Part shown: positions 16,738 through 26,000 of the stretch, piece after piece | Layout of the letters: every line of letters begins with the position of its first letter | How positions within the stretch are numbered: position 1 is the stretch's first letter | Virus record (IMG/VR): IMGVR_UViG_3300044641_002725 | DNA from: a virus | Length of the DNA: 64,000 nucleotides | Direction: 5' to 3' (one strand) | The notes under the pieces: generated by a model | The model's input: only the letters and a program-made list of their open reading frames with translations | Databases searched by the model: none | Told to the model about the DNA's origin: nothing | Program-made: the position numbers and the translations under genes

Positions 16738-16904
16738 GGGGGTGCATAGTTTCGACAGGGCAAAGAGTAACAGAGTGGACAGCACATCAGCAACGATGTA
16801 AAAAGAAGAAAACAAAGTAAACGCAAACGACTCACGTTTCGCATTGGCAGCCTAAACGCTGACTAGGGTTTCGACAGGTTTCCTCGTAACAGAATAACCT
16901 GTCA
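16738..16904 (+). ncRNA. ssrA: Two-piece tmRNA, coding piece; tag ANDSRFALAA at 16823-16855
   Basis: GGGGGTG pairs with CACCTCC including G3:U70; TTCGAC D-loop analogue; resume GCA-AAC-GAC; 3' hairpin GACAGGTT/AACCTGTC. Confidence 0.9.
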
Positions 16905-16922
16905 CTTACTTATGGAGAAATA

Positions 16923-17477
16923 ATGAAAATAACTGATTCGAAAATAATCCCTGATGTTAAAATCATCAACCTTCCTGTCTATAGAGACAATCGTGGTTTC
17001 TTTACTGAAACATTTAGACCCGAAGTTGAAGAAGCCCTTGGCGTAAAATTTCTTCAAGACAATCAATCTGTATCACTCAGGTATGTTCTAAGAGGCATCC
17101 ATTTTCAATGGGATCAACCAATGGGTAAATTGGTTCGTGTTACTCATGGATATGGAATTGATGTTGCTGTTGATTTGCGAAAAGACTCTTCAACATATGG
17201 GCAGTATCATGCTGAGTTGTTAGGACCAGAATCAAACAATCAGTTATGGGTGCCAGCAGGCTTTGGTCATGCGTTTCTTTCATTAGGAGAATATACGCAT
17301 CTAATGTACAAATGCACCGCAGTACACAACCCTAAAGCAGAAGCCGCAATTAATCCATTTGATAAAGATTTGAATATCGATTGGCAAACAATTGATGAAA
17401 TCAAAGACTTTATTCTATCAGACAAAGACAGAGCCGCAGGTTCTTTCGCAGATTATAAACTAAATCCAAAATTCTAA
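16923..17477 (+). CDS. rmlC: dTDP-4-dehydrorhamnose 3,5-epimerase
   Basis: D.RGFF.ETF, QDNQS.S...VLRGIHFQ, KLVRV, DLR..S.TYG, GFGHAF, LSDKD. Confidence 0.92.
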   Translation: MKITDSKIIPDVKIINLPVYRDNRGFFTETFRPEVEEALGVKFLQDNQSVSLRYVLRGIHFQWDQPMGKLVRVTHGYGIDVAVDLRKDSSTYGQYHAELLGPESNNQLWVPAGFGHAFLSLGEYTHLMYKCTAVHNPKAEAAINPFDKDLNIDWQTIDEIKDFILSDKDRAAGSFADYKLNPKF

Positions 17478-17479
17478 TT

Positions 17480-18442
17480 ATGAAAAATATTCTAATCGTT
17501 GGTGGCGCAGGCTATATTGGCACAAGACTCTCTAATCACCTGTTTGATTTGGGATATAAGATACACGTTATCGACAACTTCTGGTTTGGTGATAAACTGA
17601 ACCCAAGCATTTCAAAAGAAAAGAAAAGTCTTTGGGATATCAAACCCGCAGAGTTAACTTCATATGATGCAGTTATGTTTCTTGCTGGATTGTCTAATGA
17701 TCCAATGGCGATGTTCAGACCAGACTTAAACTTTATTGAGAATTCTTCTGCACCAATGTATCTTGCATTCATTGCTAAAGAAGCAGGAGTAAAACGTTTT
17801 GTGTGTGCAAGTTCATGTAGCGTATATGGGTTCACAAAGAACAAGACATTGAACGAAGGCAGTTTAGTTAAGCCAGCATATGCATATGGTATTTCTAAAC
17901 TGCAATGTGAACGTGGCTTAGAGACATTAGAAGATGATAACTTTAAACCAATTGTATTCCGTAAAGGTACAGTTGGTGGATGGTCACCAAAGATGCGCTA
18001 TGATTTAGTTGTGAACACTATGTTGAAGAGTGCATTCACTACACAGAAGATTGTAGTTAACAATCCAAAGATTTGGCGCCCATTAATAGATATTCGTGAT
18101 GTGATTCAAGGATATCAAAAAGCATTAGAAGCAGACTTGAATGTGTCTGGTGTTTATAATCTGTCTGGTGGCAATCTTACTATCGGACAATTGGGTGAAG
18201 CAATTCATGGAGAGTTGAGAAAAAGAGGATATGTTGTTGACTTAGTTATCAATGAAAACAATGATGTTCGTAATTATAAAGTTACCACAGAGAAGATTGA
18301 AGATGAGTTGGGATTCAAGTCACAGTTTACTCCATTAGATTCACTTGCTGAGATACTTGACAATATCGATCCATTGAGTTATAATTTCAATGATGATGAG
18401 TATTCTAATATAACAACTTTTCAGAAAGTTTTGGGCAAATGA
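17480..18442 (+). CDS. NAD-dependent sugar epimerase/dehydratase
   Basis: GGAGYIG, LAGLSNDP, SSCSVYG, YGISK. Confidence 0.88.
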   Translation: MKNILIVGGAGYIGTRLSNHLFDLGYKIHVIDNFWFGDKLNPSISKEKKSLWDIKPAELTSYDAVMFLAGLSNDPMAMFRPDLNFIENSSAPMYLAFIAKEAGVKRFVCASSCSVYGFTKNKTLNEGSLVKPAYAYGISKLQCERGLETLEDDNFKPIVFRKGTVGGWSPKMRYDLVVNTMLKSAFTTQKIVVNNPKIWRPLIDIRDVIQGYQKALEADLNVSGVYNLSGGNLTIGQLGEAIHGELRKRGYVVDLVINENNDVRNYKVTTEKIEDELGFKSQFTPLDSLAEILDNIDPLSYNFNDDEYSNITTFQKVLGK

Positions 18443-19122
18443 AAATACTATTGACTGGTGGGTCAGGACTTCTTGGTAGAAATTTAATTTCGCATTTAGA
18501 TGGACATGAAGTCATTGCACCGAGTAGTAGTGAGTTAGACATTACCGATCCGTTGTCTTTCATACAATTTAAATGTGATTTGATTATTCATTGTGCGGCT
18601 ATTGCTAAGTTTGCTGATGCAGAAAAAGATCCGATTGGAACCATAGATACAAACATTCAAGGCACATGTAACGCATTGAAACATGCAATGAATCAGAATG
18701 CTAGATTTGTTTTCATATCGTCATCACACGTATTTGATGGACAAAAAGGAAACTACAGCCATGAAGATTTACCTAATCCACTCACACGATATGCAAAATC
18801 TAAAGTAGCCGCTGAAATGGCAACTCAAATTTATGAAAAATCATTAGTCATACGAACAGAATTTTGCGATGTTGATTTTCCATTTGATACTGCATTCACA
18901 GATAAGTATTCATCTAAAGAATACATAGATGTTATTGCACCCAAGATTGCAGAGAAATGCTTAAGTGAACAAACAGGCATTTGTCACGTTGGTGGACCCA
19001 GACGATCATTCTATGAGTTTGGACAATTGAGAAATCCAAACGTGAAACCTGGATCAGTTGAAAATTTATTAAAGACAAGCACAGTACCTATATTGATAGA
19101 TACGAGTTTAATTGAGAATTGA
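18439..19122 (+). CDS. rmlD: dTDP-4-dehydrorhamnose reductase-like (RmlD family)
   Basis: TGGSGLLG, ELDITD, IHCAA, ISSSHVFDG, PNPL..YAKSK. Confidence 0.8.
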   Translation: MKILLTGGSGLLGRNLISHLDGHEVIAPSSSELDITDPLSFIQFKCDLIIHCAAIAKFADAEKDPIGTIDTNIQGTCNALKHAMNQNARFVFISSSHVFDGQKGNYSHEDLPNPLTRYAKSKVAAEMATQIYEKSLVIRTEFCDVDFPFDTAFTDKYSSKEYIDVIAPKIAEKCLSEQTGICHVGGPRRSFYEFGQLRNPNVKPGSVENLLKTSTVPILIDTSLIEN

Positions 19123-19129
19123 GGACATA

Positions 19130-20368
19130 ATGACAGCAACAGTAATTTCACACATCTATAATGAAGAATACATTCTCCCTTGGTGGTTAGAACATCACAA
19201 GAAAATTTTCGATCATGGTATCATTATCGATTATGCATCTACTGATAGGTCTCTTGAAATCATTAAAGAGATTTGTCCTACATGGGAAGTTGTACAATCT
19301 AAAAATGCAGAATTCAATGCTATGGCAGTTGACGCTGAAGTTTTAGAATACGAACGTAAGATTGAAGGCTGGCGCATTTGTTTGAACGTCACAGAATTCT
19401 TAGTTGGTGACTACAGCAAGTTTTTAGTTGACACGATTAGGTCTACGCAACATTTGATTCCCACAATTACATTTTGGGATTGGAATCCTAATGACGAATT
19501 AGATAAGACTAAACCATTATGGGAACAAAAGAAACAAGGTATTCACTATAAGACAGACTTCATGGCTCGCCGTGCTAGAAGTTTGCACAATGTGAAGACT
19601 ATGCAATATGATGTTGGTCGTCATTTTGCTTCATTAAACAATGAAGAGATGATGATTTTTCATTATGCAAATTGTATTGCAAGTAAAGGTATGCTTGACA
19701 GAAGATTGCAGATTCAGACTAAAGTACCAGAACACGATAGAGTTCGAGGATGGGGAAGCCATCACTATCATGGACCAAATGGTGTAATGACTACTGAAAC
19801 TCTAAAAGAATTGTGGAGTAAAGATTTATCTAAAGTGACAGATTGTAGTGAAGACATTATTCGATACACTAAAGAGCCTGATGAAACATACGCATTAGAC
19901 TTGGGATGCGGTGAGTATCCTAAGAATCCATTCAAAGCAAAGCATTTGTATGGTATCGATGTGAGAGATGACACTAAGAATAAAATCACAAAAGCAGATT
20001 TGGTTATTGAACCAATTCCCTTTATTGATAATTTCTTTGACTATGTGACTGCACATGATTTCATCGAACACATTCCTAGATTGATGTACAGCCCAAATCG
20101 TAGATATCCGTTCGTAGAATTGATGAGTGAGATTTGGCGAGTATTAAAAGTTGGAGGAAAATTCTATTCTAAGACTCCTGCATTCCCTCATGCGGCAGCT
20201 TTTTGGGATCCAACGCACGTAAATATAATCACAGAACAAACATTTCCATTTTATTTCGACAATGAAAAGATGTGGGCTAAAGAAGTTTATGGCTTCAAAG
20301 GTCAATTCAAAATCGAAAGTCAGACATGGGATGGACCACATTTATTAAGCACATTAGTTAAGTGCTAA
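19130..20368 (+). CDS. GT2-like glycosyltransferase fused to class I SAM methyltransferase
   Basis: N-term YNEEYILPWWLEHH...IIDY.STD; C-term LDLGCG, DFIEHI, EIWRVLKVGG, DPTHV. Confidence 0.8.
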   Translation: MTATVISHIYNEEYILPWWLEHHKKIFDHGIIIDYASTDRSLEIIKEICPTWEVVQSKNAEFNAMAVDAEVLEYERKIEGWRICLNVTEFLVGDYSKFLVDTIRSTQHLIPTITFWDWNPNDELDKTKPLWEQKKQGIHYKTDFMARRARSLHNVKTMQYDVGRHFASLNNEEMMIFHYANCIASKGMLDRRLQIQTKVPEHDRVRGWGSHHYHGPNGVMTTETLKELWSKDLSKVTDCSEDIIRYTKEPDETYALDLGCGEYPKNPFKAKHLYGIDVRDDTKNKITKADLVIEPIPFIDNFFDYVTAHDFIEHIPRLMYSPNRRYPFVELMSEIWRVLKVGGKFYSKTPAFPHAAAFWDPTHVNIITEQTFPFYFDNEKMWAKEVYGFKGQFKIESQTWDGPHLLSTLVKC

Positions 20369-20413
20369 ATAGATAACCCACTCAAAAAGTGGGTCAAAAA
20401 CGAAAGGAAAAAT

Positions 20414-20923
20414 ATGAAAGCACTATTAGCGGCTGTAGTATTTCTGTCGGCATTATTCTTTACACACAATGCCATTGCGACAGAGTTGCCAACATTTAAA
20501 GAGATTTCGGATGCGGCAACAGCACCGAAAAATTCTAGCAAATCAGACCTGTATTGGATGGCAATGAACATCTATTATGAAGCAGGCGGAGAACCTCTAA
20601 TCGGTAAAATTGCAGTTGGCGCAGTTACCCTTAACAGATTAAGAGACAGTAGATTCCCTAAAAACATTCGTGATGTTGTGACAGAACCACAACAGTTTTC
20701 ATGGTACAATAGTAAAATTGCAAACACGCCACCAGCAGACAACAAAAAATGGAAAGAGTGTTATGAGGTTGCGAAGATGCTGTTGACAAAGACAGTAGGT
20801 AGTGATATAATTAAACTCTTAGAGGGCGCAACGCACTTTCATGCCACTAATATTAAACCAGATTGGGCGGCAAGAAAAACAAAAGTTGCGACTATTGAAG
20901 GGCATGTTTTTTATAGAATGTAA
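20414..20923 (+). CDS. Cell wall hydrolase (SleB/Hydrolase_2) with signal peptide
   Basis: IYYEAGGE...G..AV..V.LNR...FP......QFSW, GATHFH, GHVFY. Confidence 0.88.
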   Translation: MKALLAAVVFLSALFFTHNAIATELPTFKEISDAATAPKNSSKSDLYWMAMNIYYEAGGEPLIGKIAVGAVTLNRLRDSRFPKNIRDVVTEPQQFSWYNSKIANTPPADNKKWKECYEVAKMLLTKTVGSDIIKLLEGATHFHATNIKPDWAARKTKVATIEGHVFYRM

Positions 20924-20935
20924 GGGCGATTTAAA

Positions 20936-21127
20936 ATGAGTATTATGAAAACTGAGATTAAGATGAGATCGTATCAGCGTAAGAATGGTTATCCAGCTTA
21001 CTACTATGCATCAGAAAGCGAAATAAATAATTCGAATTTTCGTACAGCAAAACCAGCAAAGGTGCAAACACAATTTGGCTACTACAAAAACGGTAGAATT
21101 ACATCAGTACGATTCTATGAATCTTAA
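20936..21127 (+). CDS. Hypothetical protein
   Basis: ORF between SleB-like gene and gp33. Confidence 0.55.
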   Translation: MSIMKTEIKMRSYQRKNGYPAYYYASESEINNSNFRTAKPAKVQTQFGYYKNGRITSVRFYES

Positions 21128-21356
21128 GATTTTAACTCAGAAAGAATTTGAATCTGAAATCAAAAAGATTCAATTCGATAGGCACCCAATCACAATGATT
21201 GATGCTATTATTGAATACTGCACTATCAAAAACATTGAAGTCGAAACTGCGGCTTCTTTAATTACACCTCGCATGAAATCTTCAATTGAAGGCGAAGCAA
21301 TGAAGTTGAAGATGATTACGCCCAAAGCTAGATTACCTATTGAGGTCGAAGACTGA
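21117..21356 (+). CDS. gp33: Late transcription coactivator gp33
   Basis: IDAIIEYC...IE.E....LI...K..IE.EA; synteny 33-59-32. Confidence 0.85.
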   Translation: MNLKILTQKEFESEIKKIQFDRHPITMIDAIIEYCTIKNIEVETAASLITPRMKSSIEGEAMKLKMITPKARLPIEVED

Positions 21357-21952
21357 TGAAGATGGATGCTATAGACGCATACAAGGTTTACTTAGGGATT
21401 AAAAATCACTTCACACAAGATAGCTACGATTGGTTCAAGTATAACAAGAAAGTCAATGTCACATACGATTCTTTTTTGAAACGTAAAGACAAAATCTTTT
21501 TTGCTAAACTTGGCAATCGTAAAGATGCTTACTTAGAAGAATTTTTAGTTTCTAATTTTCTACACGACACAAAAATGTGGGTCGGTGAACTTCTGTCTGA
21601 AGAGTGTGAAGAACGCTATAAAGAATGGAAACGCAAACAAGAATCGTTGACGTATGTATTTAAAAATGAGATGGATTTTATCTCTGGTTGGAAGCCAGAT
21701 GAACTAAATGAATTTTTTAATCTTAAAGGTGGAGATCATCCACCAATTATCAAGAAATATTTAAGAGGAGAAATCAGTCTGGAGACTCTAGCAATATTGA
21801 ATTCACTATTGCATTTTGTCAAAAGATATGATACAATGATACATGATCCAATCTACAAAGAGGTAAGCAAGTTATGCAAAAAGTACCAGCCCTTTTTAAA
21901 TTACGATACGGCACGGATGAAAAAGTCACTCAGAGAGTTAGTAGTGGCGTAG
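21356..21952 (+). CDS. gp59: Helicase loader gp59
   Basis: YL.IKNHF...YDWFKY, F.KRKDK.FF.KL, ISLETL. Confidence 0.9.
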   Translation: MKMDAIDAYKVYLGIKNHFTQDSYDWFKYNKKVNVTYDSFLKRKDKIFFAKLGNRKDAYLEEFLVSNFLHDTKMWVGELLSEECEERYKEWKRKQESLTYVFKNEMDFISGWKPDELNEFFNLKGGDHPPIIKKYLRGEISLETLAILNSLLHFVKRYDTMIHDPIYKEVSKLCKKYQPFLNYDTARMKKSLRELVVA

Positions 21953-21990
21953 TGGCAGTAATGAGTAAACCCAAGAAGGTTTGCCGTCTA

Positions 21991-22019
21991 TTGTCACAAA
22001 AAGAGAATTGTGATAGACT
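21991..22019 (+). promoter_or_regulatory. sigma70-like promoter for gp32
   Basis: TTGTCA-N17-TAGACT with TG extension. Confidence 0.55.
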
Positions 22020-22097
22020 ATATACTATAGTAGATTATGATAAAAGTGGACAAGCAAAACATACATTCAATACTTAACATACAAGGAATATACTAAT

Positions 22098-23012
22098 ATG
22101 GCATCAACATCATTTGCAGATTTGAAAAAGTCACGCACCAAAGATTTGGAAAAACTCACAGACGCAGTTTCCAAACTCACAAACAAAGAAGAAGGTAAGA
22201 AGTCTTATGAAGACACCCGATTCTGGAAACCCACAGTAGACAAAGCAGGCAACGGATTCGCAACGATTCGTTTTCTTCCCGCACCCGCAGGTGAAGACGT
22301 GCCTTGGGTTCAAGTATTTCAGCACTCGTTTCAAGGTCCTGGTGGATGGTACATTGAAAACTCGTTGACTACACTCAACAAGAAAGACCCTGTGTCTGAA
22401 CACAATAGCATTCTATGGAACTCTGGTTCTGATGCTAACAAAGATATTGCACGTAAGCAAAAGCGTAAGTTGCAGTATATCGCAAACGTTTATATTGTCA
22501 AAGACCCTGCAAACTCTGACAATGACGGAACAGTTAAGTTGTTTAAATTTGGCAAGAAGATTTTTGACAAGTTAAATGAAAAGATGAATCCCGAGTTTGA
22601 AGATGAGACTGCTGTCAATCCATTTGATCTCTGGGAAGGTGCGAACTTCAAGTTGAAGATTCGTAAAGTTGAAGGCTATCAGAATTATGATAAGTCTGAG
22701 TTTGACACTCCAGGACCATTGTCTGGTGATGAAGATGATTTAGAGCGTATTTGGAAACAAGAGTACAACTTGTCTGAATTCTTAGATGAAAAGAACTTTA
22801 AGTCTTATGATGAGTTGAAAGCACGTTTGAACAAAGTGCTTGGGCTTGAAGATGGTTCTTCTGGTGATAACTATCAGTCTATTAAACCTAACGTACCAGT
22901 TACTGCTTCAGCTAAACCAGCGCCAGCACCTGCTAAGAAAACTACAGTTGCAGACTCAGTTGTTGATGACGATGAAGACTTAAGTTATTTTGAGAAGTTG
23001 GCTGAAGATTAA
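22098..23012 (+). CDS. gp32: Single-stranded DNA-binding protein gp32
   Basis: D.RFWK...DKAGNG.A.IRFLP, WYIENSLTT, PFD.WEGANFKLK, acidic tail. Confidence 0.96.
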   Translation: MASTSFADLKKSRTKDLEKLTDAVSKLTNKEEGKKSYEDTRFWKPTVDKAGNGFATIRFLPAPAGEDVPWVQVFQHSFQGPGGWYIENSLTTLNKKDPVSEHNSILWNSGSDANKDIARKQKRKLQYIANVYIVKDPANSDNDGTVKLFKFGKKIFDKLNEKMNPEFEDETAVNPFDLWEGANFKLKIRKVEGYQNYDKSEFDTPGPLSGDEDDLERIWKQEYNLSEFLDEKNFKSYDELKARLNKVLGLEDGSSGDNYQSIKPNVPVTASAKPAPAPAKKTTVADSVVDDDEDLSYFEKLAED

Positions 23013-23040
23013 TATTTCGTAATCTCCTTTGTGACTTGAC

Positions 23041-23070
23041 GGGGAAGCAGTAAAATGCTTCCCCTTTTTT
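23041..23070 (+). terminator. Rho-independent terminator
   Basis: GGGGAAGCA-GTAAAA-TGCTTCCCC-TTTTTT. Confidence 0.85.
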
Positions 23071-23072
23071 CA

Positions 23073-26000
23073 TTAAGCTATAGCTATTTCAGCATTCACA
23101 CTTGAGTCAGTAATAGCATTTCTAGATGAAGACAACATACTTGTATAAGTTATATTTTGAGATTGATCTGTAGTTGTTGAACTATTGTCTGATACAGTAT
23201 TAACAGTCACACCTTTGCTTGCTGAAGCACCTGCGACTTCAGCAGAACTAGCAATAACAGTTGCAGATACTGTTGATTTTGCGGGTGTCACAAAGTCTGC
23301 CATAGTAAGCCCACCACTCTTGTCTACGTCATATATTGGATTACCATCTTTGTCTAACATCAATACGTCAGTATCGTATTTTTTTACTTTGTAAGTGTTA
23401 ACATTTCCAAATCCATCATCACCTAGCTGATCTACCATAGTAAATGGTGCTTCAACATATTTACCTTCTTTTTGACTATACACTTGAGGGGCGATGTAGT
23501 CCGATGAACTTTCACCTTGAATGTACTGTTCGGCCATCTTTGTATTAAATTTATAATCAGCCAACATCTTGTCTTGTTCTACAGTACCAAATACACCAGA
23601 AGAAACCGAAGTGTCAATTTTAGATTTTAATGATGACGTTAACTCATTGCCAACTTGTGCATATGTGAGTTTGTGTAAATCAGTTACGGCTTTATCAACT
23701 TGTGCTGATTTGTTTGCATAGTCACGTTTAAATATATCTGCAACAAACTTTATAATAGATGTTGCGGCTGTAGAACTATTAAATGTGTTATCCAGTTTAC
23801 CCAACCCAATAAAACTTTGTGAGTTTTTCGGATCACCAGAGTCTGCGTGGAATTTTATGCCATCATTTTCAATAGTGACCATAATAAATTCATATGAAGA
23901 TTTTTCTTTTGTTTCTACTTCAGCACTCTTTGTTGCATTAAACCCAACGTTGAGTAAAGCATCAGCAATCGGTTGCCATTCTTTTGGCGGAGTATCGTAG
24001 CCAACGTCTAAGTTTGAAAATGTCTTAGCGTTGATATCATTATTGTCTAAAACACGCATTATTCTTGACATTACTGGTTTAGGAGTTCGTTTCTTTCTCT
24101 TAAACAGTTTATATATTACCGCGGCCGCAAGAAGATATGGTGCCGCCGCTAGTAGAGTACTACCTAAAGTACCACCCGCCGCTGATGCCGCCGCTGCCGA
24201 TCCACCCAATGTGTCTGCTAGAAGAACTGCTTCGGTAACGGCCGCACTCTGGCCAACAACCGCGGCTGTCGTCCCTGCGGCAGCCGTGCCTGCTAGTGCT
24301 GTTTCTGCCGCTATAGCCGCAGGTGCGGCCGCTGACGATGCGGCCAAAGTGCCCGGTGCAACTCCAAGTGCTAATGCATTTCCAGATGCAATGCTGGCCG
24401 CTGTTGGTGCGGCTGATGCACCAAATATACTTGGAAACGCTGTTTTAGCACCAGCTAAAAGTGTACTGCCGTAATTGATAATGCTACTACCCGCTTCGGT
24501 TCCTTTAATTGCATTGAATGCATATTCACCACCGATTGATAATCCTTTATTAACTGCCGCACTCGCAAGCAGTTGCATGTAAGGATTTTTAATACCTAAT
24601 TTTTGAACAACTTTTTGTGTGAGAGCCGCTTTACCAAAATCAAGCGCCATATTACCAACTTCGGCAAAAGCACCCATCATTCCTTTATCGCCAGGCTTAA
24701 CACCAAGTAGTTGATTAAAGAATCCACCAGCAGACGATCCACTTCCTGACCCACGTTGCGAAAGCAATTCATTAGTTCTTACTTGTTGTTCGTATTGCGA
24801 GTCACTAATTACTCGTTGTAGTGCCGCTCTCTCATCATCTGATTTGCTTGCCTCCAAGAAATCTTTTTTCGCTTGCATTTCCCTATCTTTTGCAAGATTT
24901 ATTTGCTCAACTAATAATTTAGCTTCAGGACTAGTGGTTGTGGTTGAAAGTCTACCTGTGTCACCATATGCAAATGCTGGATTAGCGGCAAGTGCCCTTT
25001 GTGCATCACCAAGATTTAAGTTTCCTATGCTACCGCCACCAGGCATGCCTCCGTACTGACCACCATAACCACCGAACGCACCCATCTGTCTCATTCGTGG
25101 GTCCATGTTACCCATACTAGATGGTGTAGTTCCTAACGCACTATCAATTGGGCCCATGATACCAGCACCCAACACATTCGCCATGTATCCAATGCCGTCT
25201 GCAGGTGATGCAAATCCATATTTTGCAAATATAGTTTCTGCACCAAGCGCAACTTTTCCTCCACTCATGCCGTATATTATTTGTTCAAGTGCAGTTACTT
25301 TGCCTGCTTTAGTTCCTTTAGCGAGATTGCCTAAAATCTGCCCACCAAGAATATTTGCTTGGTCGGTATTCATACCGAGTGAACCAAAGATACCTTTTGC
25401 TACAGACCTAGCACCAACTTCCATGTAACCAGTTGCGGCTTTGCTGAAGATTTGTCCGAATGCAGGACCGTATTGCTTACCGAATATTGATGTTCCGAGT
25501 TTAGTAAGTTGTGGTGTCAGACCCAACATCTTGTTGAGTTGTTCACCTCTGTACATTTGCCCGGATGCTGTTTGTTGACTTACATTTTTATATCCGCCTG
25601 GATACAATGCTTTCATCAACGAACCAGAGATTGTTCTTGTTAGTTGTTTTTGTAAAGAATCTCTAAATTGTTTATTTGCTTCTCTGAGTAATAGTTCAGG
25701 CGATTTAAATTTGCCGCCAGACATTGTAATTCTATTAATCTTAACTTCTTTAGCAGTAATGCGAGTATTTTCTTTGATACCGCTTAGTTCTTTTAGAACT
25801 CTTTGATTATTTGCTTCTTTTTCTCTTTGTGTGAAATATCCTTGGCCACTTGCTCTTCTTATTTCAGCGTCCACTTGGGCTGAAGTGAGAAGTGTTGGAT
25901 TGTTTACTCCTGCACTAGCATAGGCTTCGGCTACACGACCATCACCCATTTCAATCAACGGAGTCGATGATGAACTTGGAGTTATAGAAACTTTTTTTGC

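Noticed and set aside
16447-16844. Minus-strand ORFs of 122 and 115 aa
   Set aside because: Antisense shadows of the tmRNA locus
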